This document shows, piece by piece, positions 39,541-52,300 of a stretch of DNA of 64,000 nt (its first letter is position 1; each line of letters opens with the position of its first letter). Origin of the DNA: Takakia lepidozioides (lineage: Eukaryota; Plantae; Bryophyta); the NCBI GenBank assembly GCA_030704615.1, contig CM060733.1, forward strand, positions 32,612,001-32,676,000, read 5' to 3'. Under the pieces are notes generated by a model that made no database searches, had not been told where the DNA came from, and saw only the letters and a program-made list of their open reading frames with translations. The translations under genes were made by a program, and so were the position numbers.

Positions 39541-40990
39541 TATTGTGAAGTTCAGAGATGTTGGCATTGTGGATGCCCCCTCTGGTGCCGACAGTGATGA
39601 CAGTGAGGGGGCCTGTGGTCCAACCCCTCCGGCGAATAGCAAGAATAAGTGGTGCATATTTTTGGCGTTTCTCTAGGATGGAGGAGTTGGGGTAGCGGTC
39701 ATGGCAGAATGTGAATTCTAAGAAGTGTATGGTAATAGCGGGGACAGGGCAGAGATCCGGCGTGGGAGCCAGATTGGGAGCCGTCTGTGTAATGGGAATG
39801 GAAGGGGGGGGGGGGGTATCTAGGGGAAGTGGGCCCAAGGTGAACCCGGGGGCGTTGTGGGAGATAGTATTAGTGGGGCTGGGGCGGGGGCGGGGGGGGG
39901 GGGGGGGGGGGGGGGTGGTGGCTAAGGTCCATGCTTTTAGCTTAGTGGGTGGTCTGGCGGTAGGGTTGCATGTTGGAGGAGGTGAGTATGGGGTGAGTAA
40001 CATGCTATGGGTATCGGAAAGTAGACGAGTGAGATGTACGGGGAAATCGGCGGTACGGGGGGACATGAGGTAGCTTGGACAAGGAGAATTAGGGTCAAAG
40101 TAGTTTCTTTGTGGCGGAGGTATTTTGGGAATGGTGGGTTATGTTTGTAGTGAAGATGGTTGGGTTCAATAGCGGCTAATGGTATCACTTCTGGGGGAAG
40201 TTGTAGAAAGGGGTATTGGTGGTCAGGTGAGTTTTGTTGTGTAAGAATGAGAATAGTGGAGGCGGAGGAAGAGGAGTGGGCGGCGAGGCGCGCTCATAGA
40301 AGAGCTTCATGCGTGAGGAGCCAGGGAGGTGGGTGCGCAAGGCCACCTCCTGATCAAGAGTGTCGGGTAGCGGGGCCGAAGGCTCCAAATACACAGTCTC
40401 GGGGGTGCGGGCTGGGGTAGAAGAAAGCTCAAGGGGGCATGTAAGTGGGTTGGAGTAGTAAGAGTGGGTAAGCTGGAATGTAGAGATAAGGAATTTGAGG
40501 ATGTCAGAGGGTATAGTGCTATGGGTATATGCTTGATATAGTTTGTCGGGGGTGTGGGGTTTTTTGGTGGGGGTATCGCGTAAATATCGTTCAACAAGCC
40601 AACAGACCTCAGTGGCGAAGTCTTGTTTTGATGGCTGTAGGGAGGTGGCGTCAGTTGAGGAGGCGTCATATCTGTCCCAGAGCCAGGCAAGCCTGACATT
40701 GGAGATGGAGTCGGTGAAGTGACCATTAAGTGTATAGATATGGAATGCCCGACGCCTAGGGCAGATAATGGGGGAGATTTGGTCAATATCTTTGTCGGGG
40801 TTGCATTCAGAGATATGTATATGTATATGTGGAGCGTTCAAGGGGGTATGGATGTATCGAGCGTCTATTGGTTGGATTTGAGATACATGATGTTGGTGGG
40901 TGTACGTTAAGTAATTGGTGTTAGTTGTTTTTGTAGAAGGTGATAAGGAGGCGACGGTTGTGAGTAGGGTCACAATCATCATGGGTTCCA
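39541..40990 (-). mobile_element. Non-LTR retrotransposon 3' fragment with restriction-like endonuclease and an upstream PCIF1-like methyltransferase remnant
   Basis: PDL...IHFLEFTFCHD...EKRQKYAPL...GW...VITVGTRG (RLE). YYSNPLTCP/[frameshift]SPHPRDCVFGAFGPATRHS*SGGGLAHPP. Confidence 0.65.
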
Positions 40991-41190
40991 AAGAGGTCGT
41001 CTTCGATCTGCCAAGTGTTCTCAGATGGTTGTTGAGGAGGAGGACGATGGCAGGCCATATGAAGACAGAGCGAAAGATCTGCTTTCATTCTCCAAAGTGA
41101 ATTCTGCCCAAGTCATCAAGGCCATGGGCGTCCCCGGGGGCAAAATAATGATACCCCTATGCCGTTTGATCTCCATGCCCTTTGTTCGAC
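40991..41190 (+). pseudogene. N-terminal fragment of a third ParB-MTase cargo gene copy
   Basis: YEDRAKDLLSFSKVNSAQVIKAMGVPGGKIMIPLCRLISMPFVRP aligns with YESKAAEMLGGQKVNSQLVVQSMLAPGGRLKIPLCRLVSMPVVRP in the 46065-46724 ORF. Confidence 0.8.
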
Positions 41191-41550
41191 CCCTGGGGGG
41201 TGCACTCTTTATAAAATGTCCGTATCACGTGCGTTCGCCGCCTAATAAAAAAACTCCCTGTATACGGGTCCTTCGATCATTTATAACCCCTCTGTACATA
41301 CATTTTGAAGATTATAAAACCCCCTCCTGTAAATATATAGAAATTTGTAATTTTTAAAAAGTACCGCCTTCTGTATGTATATTTTCCTTTTCAATAATTA
41401 AAAAATACCCTCAAATATGTATATGTATGTTTTTATATTATATCAATTTTATTCATTTAAAAATAGAATAAAATCTAATAAATTAATTAAAAAAATCTGT
41501 TTGCCCTCGATAAAACTTGTTGTGGAATCTCACTTTGAAACAATAATCAG
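41191..41550. mobile_element. Second terminus of the CCCTGGGGGGTGCACTC element
   Basis: Shared terminus with 20237 and AT-rich interior with ACCCC(C)TC motifs. Right boundary uncertain. Confidence 0.55.
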
Positions 41551-41891
41551 ATGCAAGAGAGGAAAATGGACATTGTCAATGCCCGATGTGCAAGAGGCCT
41601 GAGAAGTTTCCATTTTCTGATATACAGTCCTGGGTATGTATTTTCATCAGAGAGTGACCTTCTTGAAGACCATCAAGACCTAGTCACTGCACCTCTGTCA
41701 TCAACTAGGACATTTCTGAACTTGTTTCTACAGTTTCAACCTTCTCAAGGTCAATTATGTTCAAAACCTACTGTTGAGAATTCCTCCCAAAAAGAGATTT
41801 TCGTGCGCCTTTGCTGCCACTGTTGGGAGTTCCAACCTAACTCGCAGCTGACAGAGTTCAATACATTCAATTAGGTGACAAACATTTCATT

Positions 41892-42099
41892 TCACCAATA
41901 CTCCCCACAAGAACAACACCATTTGGAAGTGGTCAAAGCGGTTTGCATTCCCGTACAACAATCTCTTGCTTAAACTATCTTTGAGATGATTTTGTTGTGG
42001 CTGTGTGGCAATCACCACACATCCGAAGATTCCTGATGATCCAAAAGACATTCCAGAGGGTTGTGTTGATAAGCCCAAAAGCAATGGCCAGCTTCTCAT
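41892..42099 (-). pseudogene. DYW deaminase domain (C-terminal part of the PPR-DYW pseudogene split by the MULE)
   Basis: EKLAIAFGLIN...RNLRMCGDCHTA...EIVVR.ANRF.HF...CSCGEYW* with frameshifts. Confidence 0.9.
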
Positions 42100-42613
42100 G
42101 GGGGTGCTATTCCGTGAGCCAGAGGCGTGAGCCTGTGAGGCCCAGGAAAGCGTGAGCCCAGCACAGGCTCACGCCACGTCAGCATGCAAACAGTGCCTAT
42201 TTCCGCGGATGTCACCTATTTTCCGAGAGTGGTGTCACCTATTTCCGCGGTTGATGTGGGAGAAATTGAGAATGCCTGAACAGTCTTTTGATGAGGTGGA
42301 CTTCACCGTGATGGATTCACCAACCATTCTTCTAGCATGAATGGTTTGGGGACGTACTAGCAAATGATGCGAGAATGATGTAAACGAACCAAAGTGGTTT
42401 GTTTTGTTTTTGCAATGTACTCAAGTCTGTGAGGTCCACAAAAACAACAAATATATTGAAGGAACAATCCGGGCAGTCCATGCAACCCCCATCTCCAACA
42501 ATAGTTTGGAACCATGAATGTGAATTCCACGCACACATTGCAAACAGGACAATAAGGACACACAACCATCCCATTTCAAATTTGTCCCAGAATTAAACCA
42601 AAAGAACTTCATA

Positions 42614-45600
42614 TCAAGTGTCGCAGTCATCACAATCAGTGTCCACCTCCTGTGCTATGTCATCTACAAAGATTCTGGCCCCAACACCACGTTTTCTACG
42701 AAGGCCATCGCAAGGTGGACTCTGAGTGCCATGAACGGACATGCTTGCTGCGAGTGCCTCCGCATAGACAGGTAGCACACAGACCGAGGAGGACTGAAAA
42801 CAAGTCCAAATAGGTGTGATAGCCCAGGAGGGCAAGTGGAAGCACGCGGACTCCTACACATGTCCACAAAAATCCCATTTTTAACACAATGATGCAATGC
42901 ACAAGTCCAACGAAGAGGATGTCTCCCATGTGCACTTTGCCTCAAGAACAGCGATTCTCGATATTGAAACAACAATGCAAGCATGCACAGGTTGAACTTA
43001 CTCACAGGCAAAGTCGGAGTCCAGCTCCTTGTCAGAAGTCTCCTCTGTATCAGTATCAGCGGGACGGGGCTTCGGAAGGACTTGAGAAGTGTGTCCACCC
43101 AAACCCATCAGGAGGTTCTTGTAAATCTCAGCATCCCCTTCAATCCCAAAGAGATGTCGCGCACTGGCCTTGCAAGCGTGGTACGAAGCACCTGCAGTGG
43201 AATAGAATGAAGTAAGCAGACATTGAAGACACATTCGGAACGGTGGAAAGTGCTGAAAGTGCAAGCTCAATCAAACCTCATGAAATGTGAATGTTGAAGA
43301 GACGAACCTGTGCCCATCGACAAATCCAGAACTCTGGCGTCTGTGTAGGTGCAGCACTCCACAATCGTTTGAATGAAAGCCGGGCTCCTCTCCCTCGCCC
43401 CTCTCCAAGGAACCCCATTCCCCCTTCGCAAGCACACGTTGCTGTCGACGTAGTTGTGATGCATGTCATCCGTGGGAGGATCTGTCCTGTCATCTATGAA
43501 CTTGCCCCCGTGAGTGATGGCAAACTCCGTAATGCCGGCCGGAGTCGTTGGTGGATGCACCCGGACGAGACAAACAGCTTCAAACAGACGAGTCTGCGAA
43601 CATGACATCCACAAGGAACTAAGAACCAAAAAAAATCGGGCCCCTACATATGAGTTCGAGCGACCTATACAACACAATCCCAGAACAAAAAGAAGAGGAA
43701 GAAGAGGGAAACTCACCATCTCTCCCGGACGATCCCCCTTCGTAAGGTACATGCTGTTCACACAATTCCATGTCTTCACGACTCTCATGCCCGAGGCTTT
43801 CAAATAGCTGGCAAGGGCACGGCGACACCGAACATCGATGGACTGGATGAGAACCAAAACACCTGCATCGGAAAGGAAGAAGTTGCAAAAGGAAAAAAAA
43901 ACCCACCGCCAGTAGCGCTCATCAAATGCATTCCAACCCGGACAAGCACCCGATGGAGGGATATCCGGGACTGCCAACCCATCAGGGATGTCCAAGATGA
44001 TGAGTTCGCTGCATATGGCTTCTCCTTCCCGTTCACCACGATTTGGTCATTTTAGCCTGCAAACAAAAATACAATGGAATTCTGACAAGTTTATAAACGA
44101 TCCATGCCCACAGCAGACAAAGAGAGCAGAAGCCACAGAACCCAAAGAGAAACGCACCGTGCTGAGGAACTCGACAATCCTCTCCCACACTGGTGATGGC
44201 TCGCCCTTGTAATCAGATTTCTTCGACTCCATCATGGCAAGGAACCCGACGTTGGCAATCTCCAACCTGGTTGGACGAATGACCCTCGTGGGATGTTCCA
44301 CTGCATGGTACGGGTCCTTGGGATCAACCACCCCCTTGTTTTTTCTCCCGGATCCCCTACCATGCGGTGGAGTCTCTGCTGGACATGCTCCACAGGGCCA
44401 ATAGCTGCAACACTTCCCTGCCCTTGTGCCACCTTCCCTCTACCCCTTCCCTTCCCCACAACACCAGCAACATCTTTTCCCTTTGCCTTTCTTCCTCTAC
44501 CGGGGTATCCTGAGCGGGAGGCTCCTTCTCTGCAAGAGTCCTCAGATTACGCTCATGAATGTCGAGGTCCGCTGCTGCGGCAGTGGCTGCAATACGGTCA
44601 TTCTCTCTCCTCAAAGACACTCTACAGCTGGGGTCTCTGAAGGAGGGCAATCCAAATACCAACCACAAGAAGAAAGATGGTCTGGGCCCCAGTCATGCAA
44701 GATCCCAGCAGTGAACATGGTCTGGTTGCCAGCAGGGACAAGCCAAAGGTCCACGAAATCTGGATTTGTCCAAGCAATTCTCTTCCAGGAGAACAAACTT
44801 AATGTACCTGCAGGAACAGACACAGCCTCATTTTCCAATGCACATATTGTGTCCCAGCTTTTTCAACACACCAGGAAGACCCCCTTAAACAGTATGCCAC
44901 ACAACACATTGCAACCACAACAGAAGTAAAGAGTGCAAGGGTGTGCACCTGTAAAGGCATCGTTTCCAGGCTTCCTCTCCTTTTTCCTGCTGGTCAAGCT
45001 CATTTGTTCGACTGATGCCACCCTCCTTGCTGAACTCTCTAAAGAAACAAGAGTGCCACACTGTGGCTCTCCATTTCCTCATGTATGCTTCGAAGGAGAC
45101 CTTCGGAGCTGTCATAGTGATGCCATAGTCAGCCAGCTGAGTATGCAGAACCGATCGGGCCCTTTCTTCCAACTGCAAAACAATTGAAATGGAAGAATGA
45201 ACCCAAAAACAATCACAGCGAATGTAAGAGGCAATGGAAGAGAAGGACAGGAAAAGAGAAAAGAAAGTGAGATACGAGAGGACATCACACCTGGCTCCAG
45301 TAAGTGGCCTTGTGAAGCCAGGTGTCCAGCACATTGTCACTGACAGGAACGACACGCTGGGTCTTCTTCTCTTTCTCTGGCCTTGGGAACATGTGGTATC
45401 CCTAACTGTGGATCGGAGTTCCATATCTGTAGCCACTTCACCTTCTGTTCAGAAGACACGACGGCGGTAGACAACCTGTGCAACTTTCCTGGGCCATCTC
45501 GGCTTGCCTGGCTTGTTATAATGGTTTTTTTATCTCCAGGAGAAACTGCGGCCCGAATGATGGGTCGGCCAATTCTCAACTGCTTCACAAAAGCACTCAT

Positions 45601-46724
45601 TATTGTCCTTCTTGTAGCGTTCATCTCCTTCTGGATGTGACTTTCAACCCCCTTTGCTGTCCTTCTCTCCTCAGGGGTAGAGCTGTAGTATTCCAGTTTG
45701 CCACGCTCCCCTGCATCTGCAATGTCTTGCTGCAAGGGAATGCAAGAGAGTTGCATCAATCCAAGGTCAAGGGAGACAGACAGAAACAAACATGTGGAAG
45801 CAGGAATATGGAAAGGCCAGATGAAGGAAGATGTATCTCACCGTGTACATGTACTCCATGAAAGCCTCACGGGTCAACGAGTACCACGTTTCCGAGTCTT
45901 GGAGCTTTCGCATTTCTTATACATCTTGCCGAAAGGATGGTCTTGAAGTTGGTCAAGGGCATCTGCCCGATCCTTTGTATCCTATACAGTGTGTGAACCA
46001 GACTCGTTTTGACATGCGATGTCTCCGTCCCTCTGCAGAATGATATTGAATTTCAGAATGTAATTCAAGGACTTGAATCAAGAAGAACGGAACCAGAAGT
46101 GCAACATGTACAATGAGAAACCAACCTGTTCACATCATTCATTGCCGTCAGAAGACCCATCATGTTGTCGTCACAATCAAGCACCATCGATCGAACAGAG
46201 TAATGCCACTCTTCCTCCTGTGAGTGCAGCCTCCCAATGACAGCCATCCATGCAAGCAACCGGTGGTTGCCATCCCAAACGTGAAACATCTTCCCGAGAA
46301 TACCTGGGTGGAAGGTTTCCTGGAGAGAAGAAGTTCGAAGGATTCGTTCACCTGTCTCCAAATGGGGTCCCAGAGTCGACGATTGACTCATCCACAAGGA
46401 GCTCGTTACCTCTAGAATCCCTAGTAGAAACGTAAAAGACTGCGGATCCATCCAAATACCCATGAACAAACTCGGCCTCCAGCTTGAGAATGTCTTGACA
46501 AGGGGTGGACGAACGACGGGCATGGAAACCAACCTACACAGGGGAATCTTCAACCTCCCACCAGGAGCAAGCATACTTTGCACCACAAGCTGAGAGTTCA
46601 CCTTTTGACCCCCCAGCATCTCAGCGGCTTTGCTTTCATAAAACTCATCGTCAACATCAACTATGGTCTCCTTCCCCTGACCCGAAGGGACCTCATCCGC
46701 CACACTTTGCATTTTCTCCTGCAA
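42614..46724 (-). pseudogene. Spliced ParB/Srx-like + beta-class N4C/N6A methyltransferase-like fusion gene, copy B (frameshifted)
   Basis: FHVWDGNHRLLAW (46260-46277). ELIILDIPDG (43978-43992). LSDAGVLVLI. RERSPAFIQTIVECCTYTDARVLDLSMGTG|ASYHACKASARHLFGIEGD, with intron 43192-43307. Confidence 0.82.
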
Positions 46725-46869
46725 GGTTGTTCACTCAAATTCTTATAAGAGAGGCATGAAACGTCGACTGATGCATGAAAAAGTGGGATCAAACAGGTAA
46801 GTGTTCTTTGAGCTGCCAGGTAAGTGTTCATTGATCCTCACGGACCTGCCTATGTTCCCGATTTTCACA

Positions 46870-48080
46870 GGGAAAGAACATTGAAAAGTTCTGCTCAAAC
46901 ACTGTGCGTTGCCGCACACTGAGCTGGCAGTAAGGATTCATTTCATCCTCAGATATCTGCCCATGAGGCCGAATGTTGCGCCCTTAAATATTGATATGTT
47001 CTTTAAACAGTGTGCGGTTCCGCAAACTGTTTGAGCTGACAGTGAAGGGTTCTTTCATCCTCAGATAGGTGCCCTGAAGTCCAAATTTTGCACCCTAAAA
47101 CATTGAAATGTTCAGCTCAAACAGTGTGCGTTGCCGCACACTTTGAGCTGGCAGTGAAGGTTCATTTTATCCTCAGAAAGGTGCCCCTGAAGTCCAAATT
47201 TTGCACCCAAAACATTGAAAAGTTCAGCTCAAACAGTGTGCGTTGCCGCACACTGTTTGAGTTGACAGTGAAGGGTTCATTTCATCCTCAGATAGGTGCC
47301 CCTGAAGTCCAAATTTTGCACCCTAAAACATGAAACGTTCAGCTCAAACAAACACTGTTTGAGCTGGCAGTGAAGGGTTCATTTCATCTCAGATAGGTGC
47401 CCCTGAAGTCCAAATTTTGCACCCTAAACATTGAAATGTTCAGCTCAAACAGTGTGCGTTGCCGCACACTGTTTGGGCTGATAGTGAAGGGTTCATTTCA
47501 TCCTCAGATAGGTGCCCCTGAAGTCCAAATTTTGCACCCTGAAACATTGAAATGTTCAGCTCAAACAGTGTGCGTTGCCGCACACTGTTTGAGCTGGCAG
47601 TGAAGGGTTCATTTCACCCTTAGATAACTGACTGCAAGACCAAATTTTGCACCCTAAAACATTGAAAAGATCTGCTCAAACAGTGTGCGTTGCCGCACAC
47701 TGTTTGAGCTATTCATTTCATCCTCAGAAAGGTGCCCCTGAAGTCCAAATTTTGCAGCCTAAAACATTGAAATGTTCAGCTCAAACAGTGTGCGTTGCCG
47801 CACACTGTTTGAGCTGGCAGTGAAGGGTTCATTTCACCCAACTGACTGCCAAATTTTGCACCCTAAAACATTGAAAAGATCTGCTCAAACAGTGTGCGTT
47901 GCCGCACACTGTTTGAGCTGAAGTAAGGGTTCATTTCATCCTCAGAAAGGTGTCGTTGAAGGAAGAATTTTGCCCTTAAACAGTGACATGTGCAGCTCAA
48001 ACAGTGTGCGGCAACGCACACTGTTTGAGCTGCCACTGAATGGTTCTTTCTTTCTCAAATACCTGCCATTGAAGCCGAAT
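46870..48080. repeat. Tandem array of 11 units (~105-116 bp), each with the palindrome CAGCTCAAACAGTGTGCG-ttgc-CGCACACTGTTTGAGCTG or a variant
   Basis: Palindromes at ~46893, 47005, 47113, 47225, 47340 (centre deleted), 47441, 47557, 47673, 47777, 47881 and 47993 (loop reversed, gcaa). Confidence 0.95.
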
Positions 48081-49365
48081 TCTTCACAAATGTGGGTCCT
48101 GTAGATTTTACCTTTTTCGTGGCTACTCGAGAAGACTCCCCAATTGCCGGGGACCCTTTCGCTTCGGGCTGCTCTCTTCGCCGACTATGTAGGTGAGCCT
48201 CTCCCCCTTCCTCTTTCCCGTGGTCAGATTCTTCGTGAGGCCAGTGTCAAACATCTTCCTCCATGTCGTCTGTCTCTCCCTCAGACGCAGTGTCCTCCTC
48301 GCCTGTTCCTGGAACTATGGTGGGTTGTTGTTCTTCTCCAGATTCCTGCTCCTCCATCGCCACACTTTCCTGTATTCCCCTCCTTCCTCTTCCTCCACTC
48401 TTTCCATCCTCATTCTATATCTGGCTCTATTCCTGTTTCTAGAACTCGTGAAGTATAATGACTTCCTTCTCTTTCTCCTCCGCTGGAAACAAGGGCTCCC
48501 CACGATGCCCCTGGAGCTCTCCAGTTTGACGTTTGCAACAAGTGCTGGTATCGCATGTAACAAAAATAAAAATGGACGTTGTCAACCGTTTGGATGCGGG
48601 TGTTGATATTGTGTGCGAACGGAAATTCATCCATTTTGGCGTCTTTGTATTACCCAGCTAATAAAGCGCCGAAGAAAAAGAACATCCGTTGCATGCATTT
48701 GCGATATATGTCAGATGTACTTCGCCGCCTGCCAATACATGGCGGCCTCCTTGCCTTCTTTCAAATTCGATGTGCCGTAGAAATGTAGTGCTTTTTCAAT
48801 TCCGAGCAGTTCTTCCAGATTCGCAATAATTGTTATGCTTCACATATGCATCCACGTGTGTGTTGTACTGCCTGCCCTGTGGTTTTTTTTGCCGTGACCG
48901 TCCCATGGGGTCATTCGGGTATAAAGGATTGTGTCGGATATGACCATGTGTTGCACACATTCGTGCGAGGTATCTCTTGGAGTGTCAGTGTTTGTTCTGT
49001 GCTATTCTGGCACAACACAATCTCATTACAATCGGATCTTCCTGTTTACTGCTCTCCAGGGTGTTGCCGTCATTTCATAATGGATGGTTTCATGTCATTT
49101 TCAGGGTTTGTTTTCCATCCAAAAACAGCACGGCTTCTTGTGGCTCTGGTCTTTCAAAACGTTTTTCTGGTTGGTGGGAGGTGAAGGTGCACGTCATCCC
49201 TACATCCTTTGCATGCATCGCCGCAGCCTTTGGTTTGGTGCTACCCTTGTTGACCTCAGTTTGCTGGTGGTATTTCCACTTTCGATAATTACGGGCTCTC
49301 AGTTCGGGGATTCCGTTCTGAATCGCAGTTTCGTTCAGTGATGGAAAACATGTCGAGGGAGCGAG

Positions 49366-52300
49366 ATGCACTCGCTCGATTCCATTCCAATGCAGGTACT
49401 TCCACTGACTGCCACTGCAGACGACGATGGGTATGCAGTTGTTCATGAGGATGAGCTGGTTACAGTGTTCCCGCTGGAGTTGGGTTCTCTGCTTGTTCAG
49501 AAAGAGGTGTATGACGAGGATGGGAATTTGGATTCTGGGCACTTGGAGACCTTGGTTGGCGAGTGTGGAAGGAAGTGAGAGTCCTTCCAGGAACATACCG
49601 TGTCCTTGGAAAAGAGAGAAGACAATCAGCAGGATCAGTCGTTACCCCTGGCACTGCAGCATCGGTCGTGCAACAAGAAGGGCACAGTTCCTGTGAAACA
49701 AGAAGAGGTGAGCACATCCACTACCTTCGTGACTCTTTCAGACTCGTCCTCGGAGGATGTTTCTGAGATTCCTCCGCCAGTGCAAACTCCCTTATTGGAT
49801 GATGACGAATTGCAAGAGATAACAAGTGTCATTCCAAAATTGAAAGCCCTCGCAGGTGTGCCTGGGTGCAAGAGCGAGCTACGTTTTGTTGATTGGGAGT
49901 CCCTTCCAGTGCAACGGGTTCAATACGTGCCAGCTCAGTTTGATGGGGACATCTTGTTTGAGCTCAACCCTCCCACGTCTTCCAGTGGACTGGCTGGGCT
50001 TCTGCAGGGCATGGACAAGAAACATGACGGACATCCTTGGTGCAGGACAAAAAACGTCGAACATCCATAACGACATTGGCTTGAAATTTCGGAGGTCGGT
50101 TTTGCGTTGGGCATTGCAAGTGCCTGAATATTTCTTGCCCTCGGCTGAGAAACAGCGCTCAGCCAAACGAAAGTGAGTGGGAAGGTGTGCCCCTGAATCC
50201 TTTCACCCCAGGGCTTGCACCTCCCAAGACCAATACTTTTGTGTGCAGGTTCTGCCCCGTCCTGTGTTTCTGTTTGCCACGCTCGTATGTATCAGGTGGC
50301 ACATCGATGATGCAAGACAATGACTCGTGCCTGCATTCATATGGGTGCACACGAGCATCCTGTGTCCAAAGGGAGTTGCAGGGATAGCGTGGACATCGCT
50401 AGAAATCTACTGAAGCAAGAGTTCCACAATGCCCCTTGTGCAACACCTTCTGCTATAGCGCTTGCAGCTAGCAAGGCATTCCTGGAAAAACACATACTGG
50501 GTGAAGGGATGCGACACAACCAATGCTGGATGCAGATTCCCTTGAGGCAGTCATGGACCATTTCTCCGTGTTGAGCTCTCCCAATATTCGAAACCAGGTG
50601 AATGCACTCAGAATGGGCACAGGCACTGCTGGATTCATGGACAACATTATGGACCTCAAACGGAGGAGTCGCTATGAATTCATTCAAAACAGTATCTTCC
50701 CTGGCCAGGGCTCGTCCAAAGTGTATTTGTTCAAGATGTCCGCTGTGGGCCAAGGCAGTGGTGTGAGCATTGTCCGCCGAATGCAACCTGGAGGAGATTT
50801 GGCTAAATGTTGGTTAATGTTTGATCACTGCAAACGGGTGAAGGGTTGGACAACCATGGCGTGCCATGTGTATGATCCAGCGTACCAGCGTGTGCTCTCC
50901 ATAGCAATTTGTGATATGCAGTCGGAGGACACTGAATCCCAGATGCTCATGTGGAATTCCCTCCTGGCCGTCATGCAGCGCAATGGGAATACAGAACACA
51001 AATTTTGCGGGCTTCATGGCTGATAGTGCACAGGCAAATTTCAATGCAGTGCGGCGCGTGTTTGGTTCGGGGGATCCTAAGGTCCCAATGGAAAATAGGG
51101 AGCGCACATGCCTCTTCCATTGGAGTCAATCTCTGGCACGTCATACAAAGCGCTGCATTCGCCCTGACCTTCAGTTGGAGCATAGAAGGCTCTGTCTGAA
51201 GTACAAGAATGCCACCTCAATGGGAGAAGCTGAGAGCACTTACCAGGCAATCCGGGCTTGGTGGTTCTCCTCTGGTGCTGCTACAGGTATCCACCTGAAG
51301 GAGTTGGAGGACTGGTTGGTTTTCTGGCACTTCAGGTACAGACAGTGGGGAGCTTTCATGACGACGGTAAGCCTCACAAGTTTTCCTTAAACACAAATTG
51401 CACTTTGCATCGTGCCTGTTCATTTGGGGTTGTTCGATTGTCACTTGAAGAACCTCTACCATTTCTTTTCCTTCCTCACATTTCCATGCAATGCCTCCTG
51501 CAGGACATGTCCTTGGAGGACTTGGCCGACATGCCATCGTGTAATTTGGCAGAGACTGTTCACAACGCCTGGATGCACAGTCTACCAAAGCAGGTCGTGA
51601 CTTGTATGTGGCCACTGCTGATGACATGGTGCGGGCACTTACACAAAAACCAGGTACCGCAATTTTCTGATGGGACGGGGTGGAGGGAAGGGCCCCGATA
51701 CGACTTTGTTGATGCTAAGGGCTGCGAGTAGGTCCGGAGACCCGTCAAAGATGGCCAGAGCTCTAAACAGGTGCACTGAAGGCTCCCCTCTGCAATCCAG
51801 GCTCCCCCATTTGGAAGGCGAGGAAAGATTTGGATCATGCAAAAGGAAATTAAACACTCTTCCAGGGTCAGATGGAGATTCCCATAGGCCAGACAGGGTC
51901 AATTTCTCTGTGCCAAAGGTGTCTCCAGTGCAGACTAAGTCCTGTGCCGGCCCCTTCCCAGGTGGGTCTCCTCTGTGGAGCAGGTGCAGAACATGCAAGC
52001 ATAGCAGCGGGAATCCCATTGGAGGAGGTGGTGGCCATGGTGCAGGAATCTGATTGCATTGATAGTGAGTGGCATATAGAACGCACCCCACCAGGATCTA
52101 GAGTGGCTTGCATGGCAATTCGGACCCCCTCATTCAAGAAAATGCAAATCAAAAATATGCAAAGGCTCCAGGGGGACTCCAGCTCCAACATTCACAGGGT
52201 TGTTCCGACCTTATCATAGTGGGGAGTCAAAAGAGCACAAGTTTTGGTTCTGCCCAGACGATATGGCACGATGCGTGAAGGGAACAGTTCGTCCTTCCGT

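Noticed and set aside
42614-46724. Bacterial or phage contamination, or a recent prophage-like insertion
   Set aside because: The gene has GT-AG introns conserved between copies and lies in a TSD-flanked element inserted in a plant PPR-DYW sequence.
46870-48080. CRISPR array
   Set aside because: The sequences between palindromes are copies of each other, not unique spacers. There are no cas genes and the context is eukaryotic.
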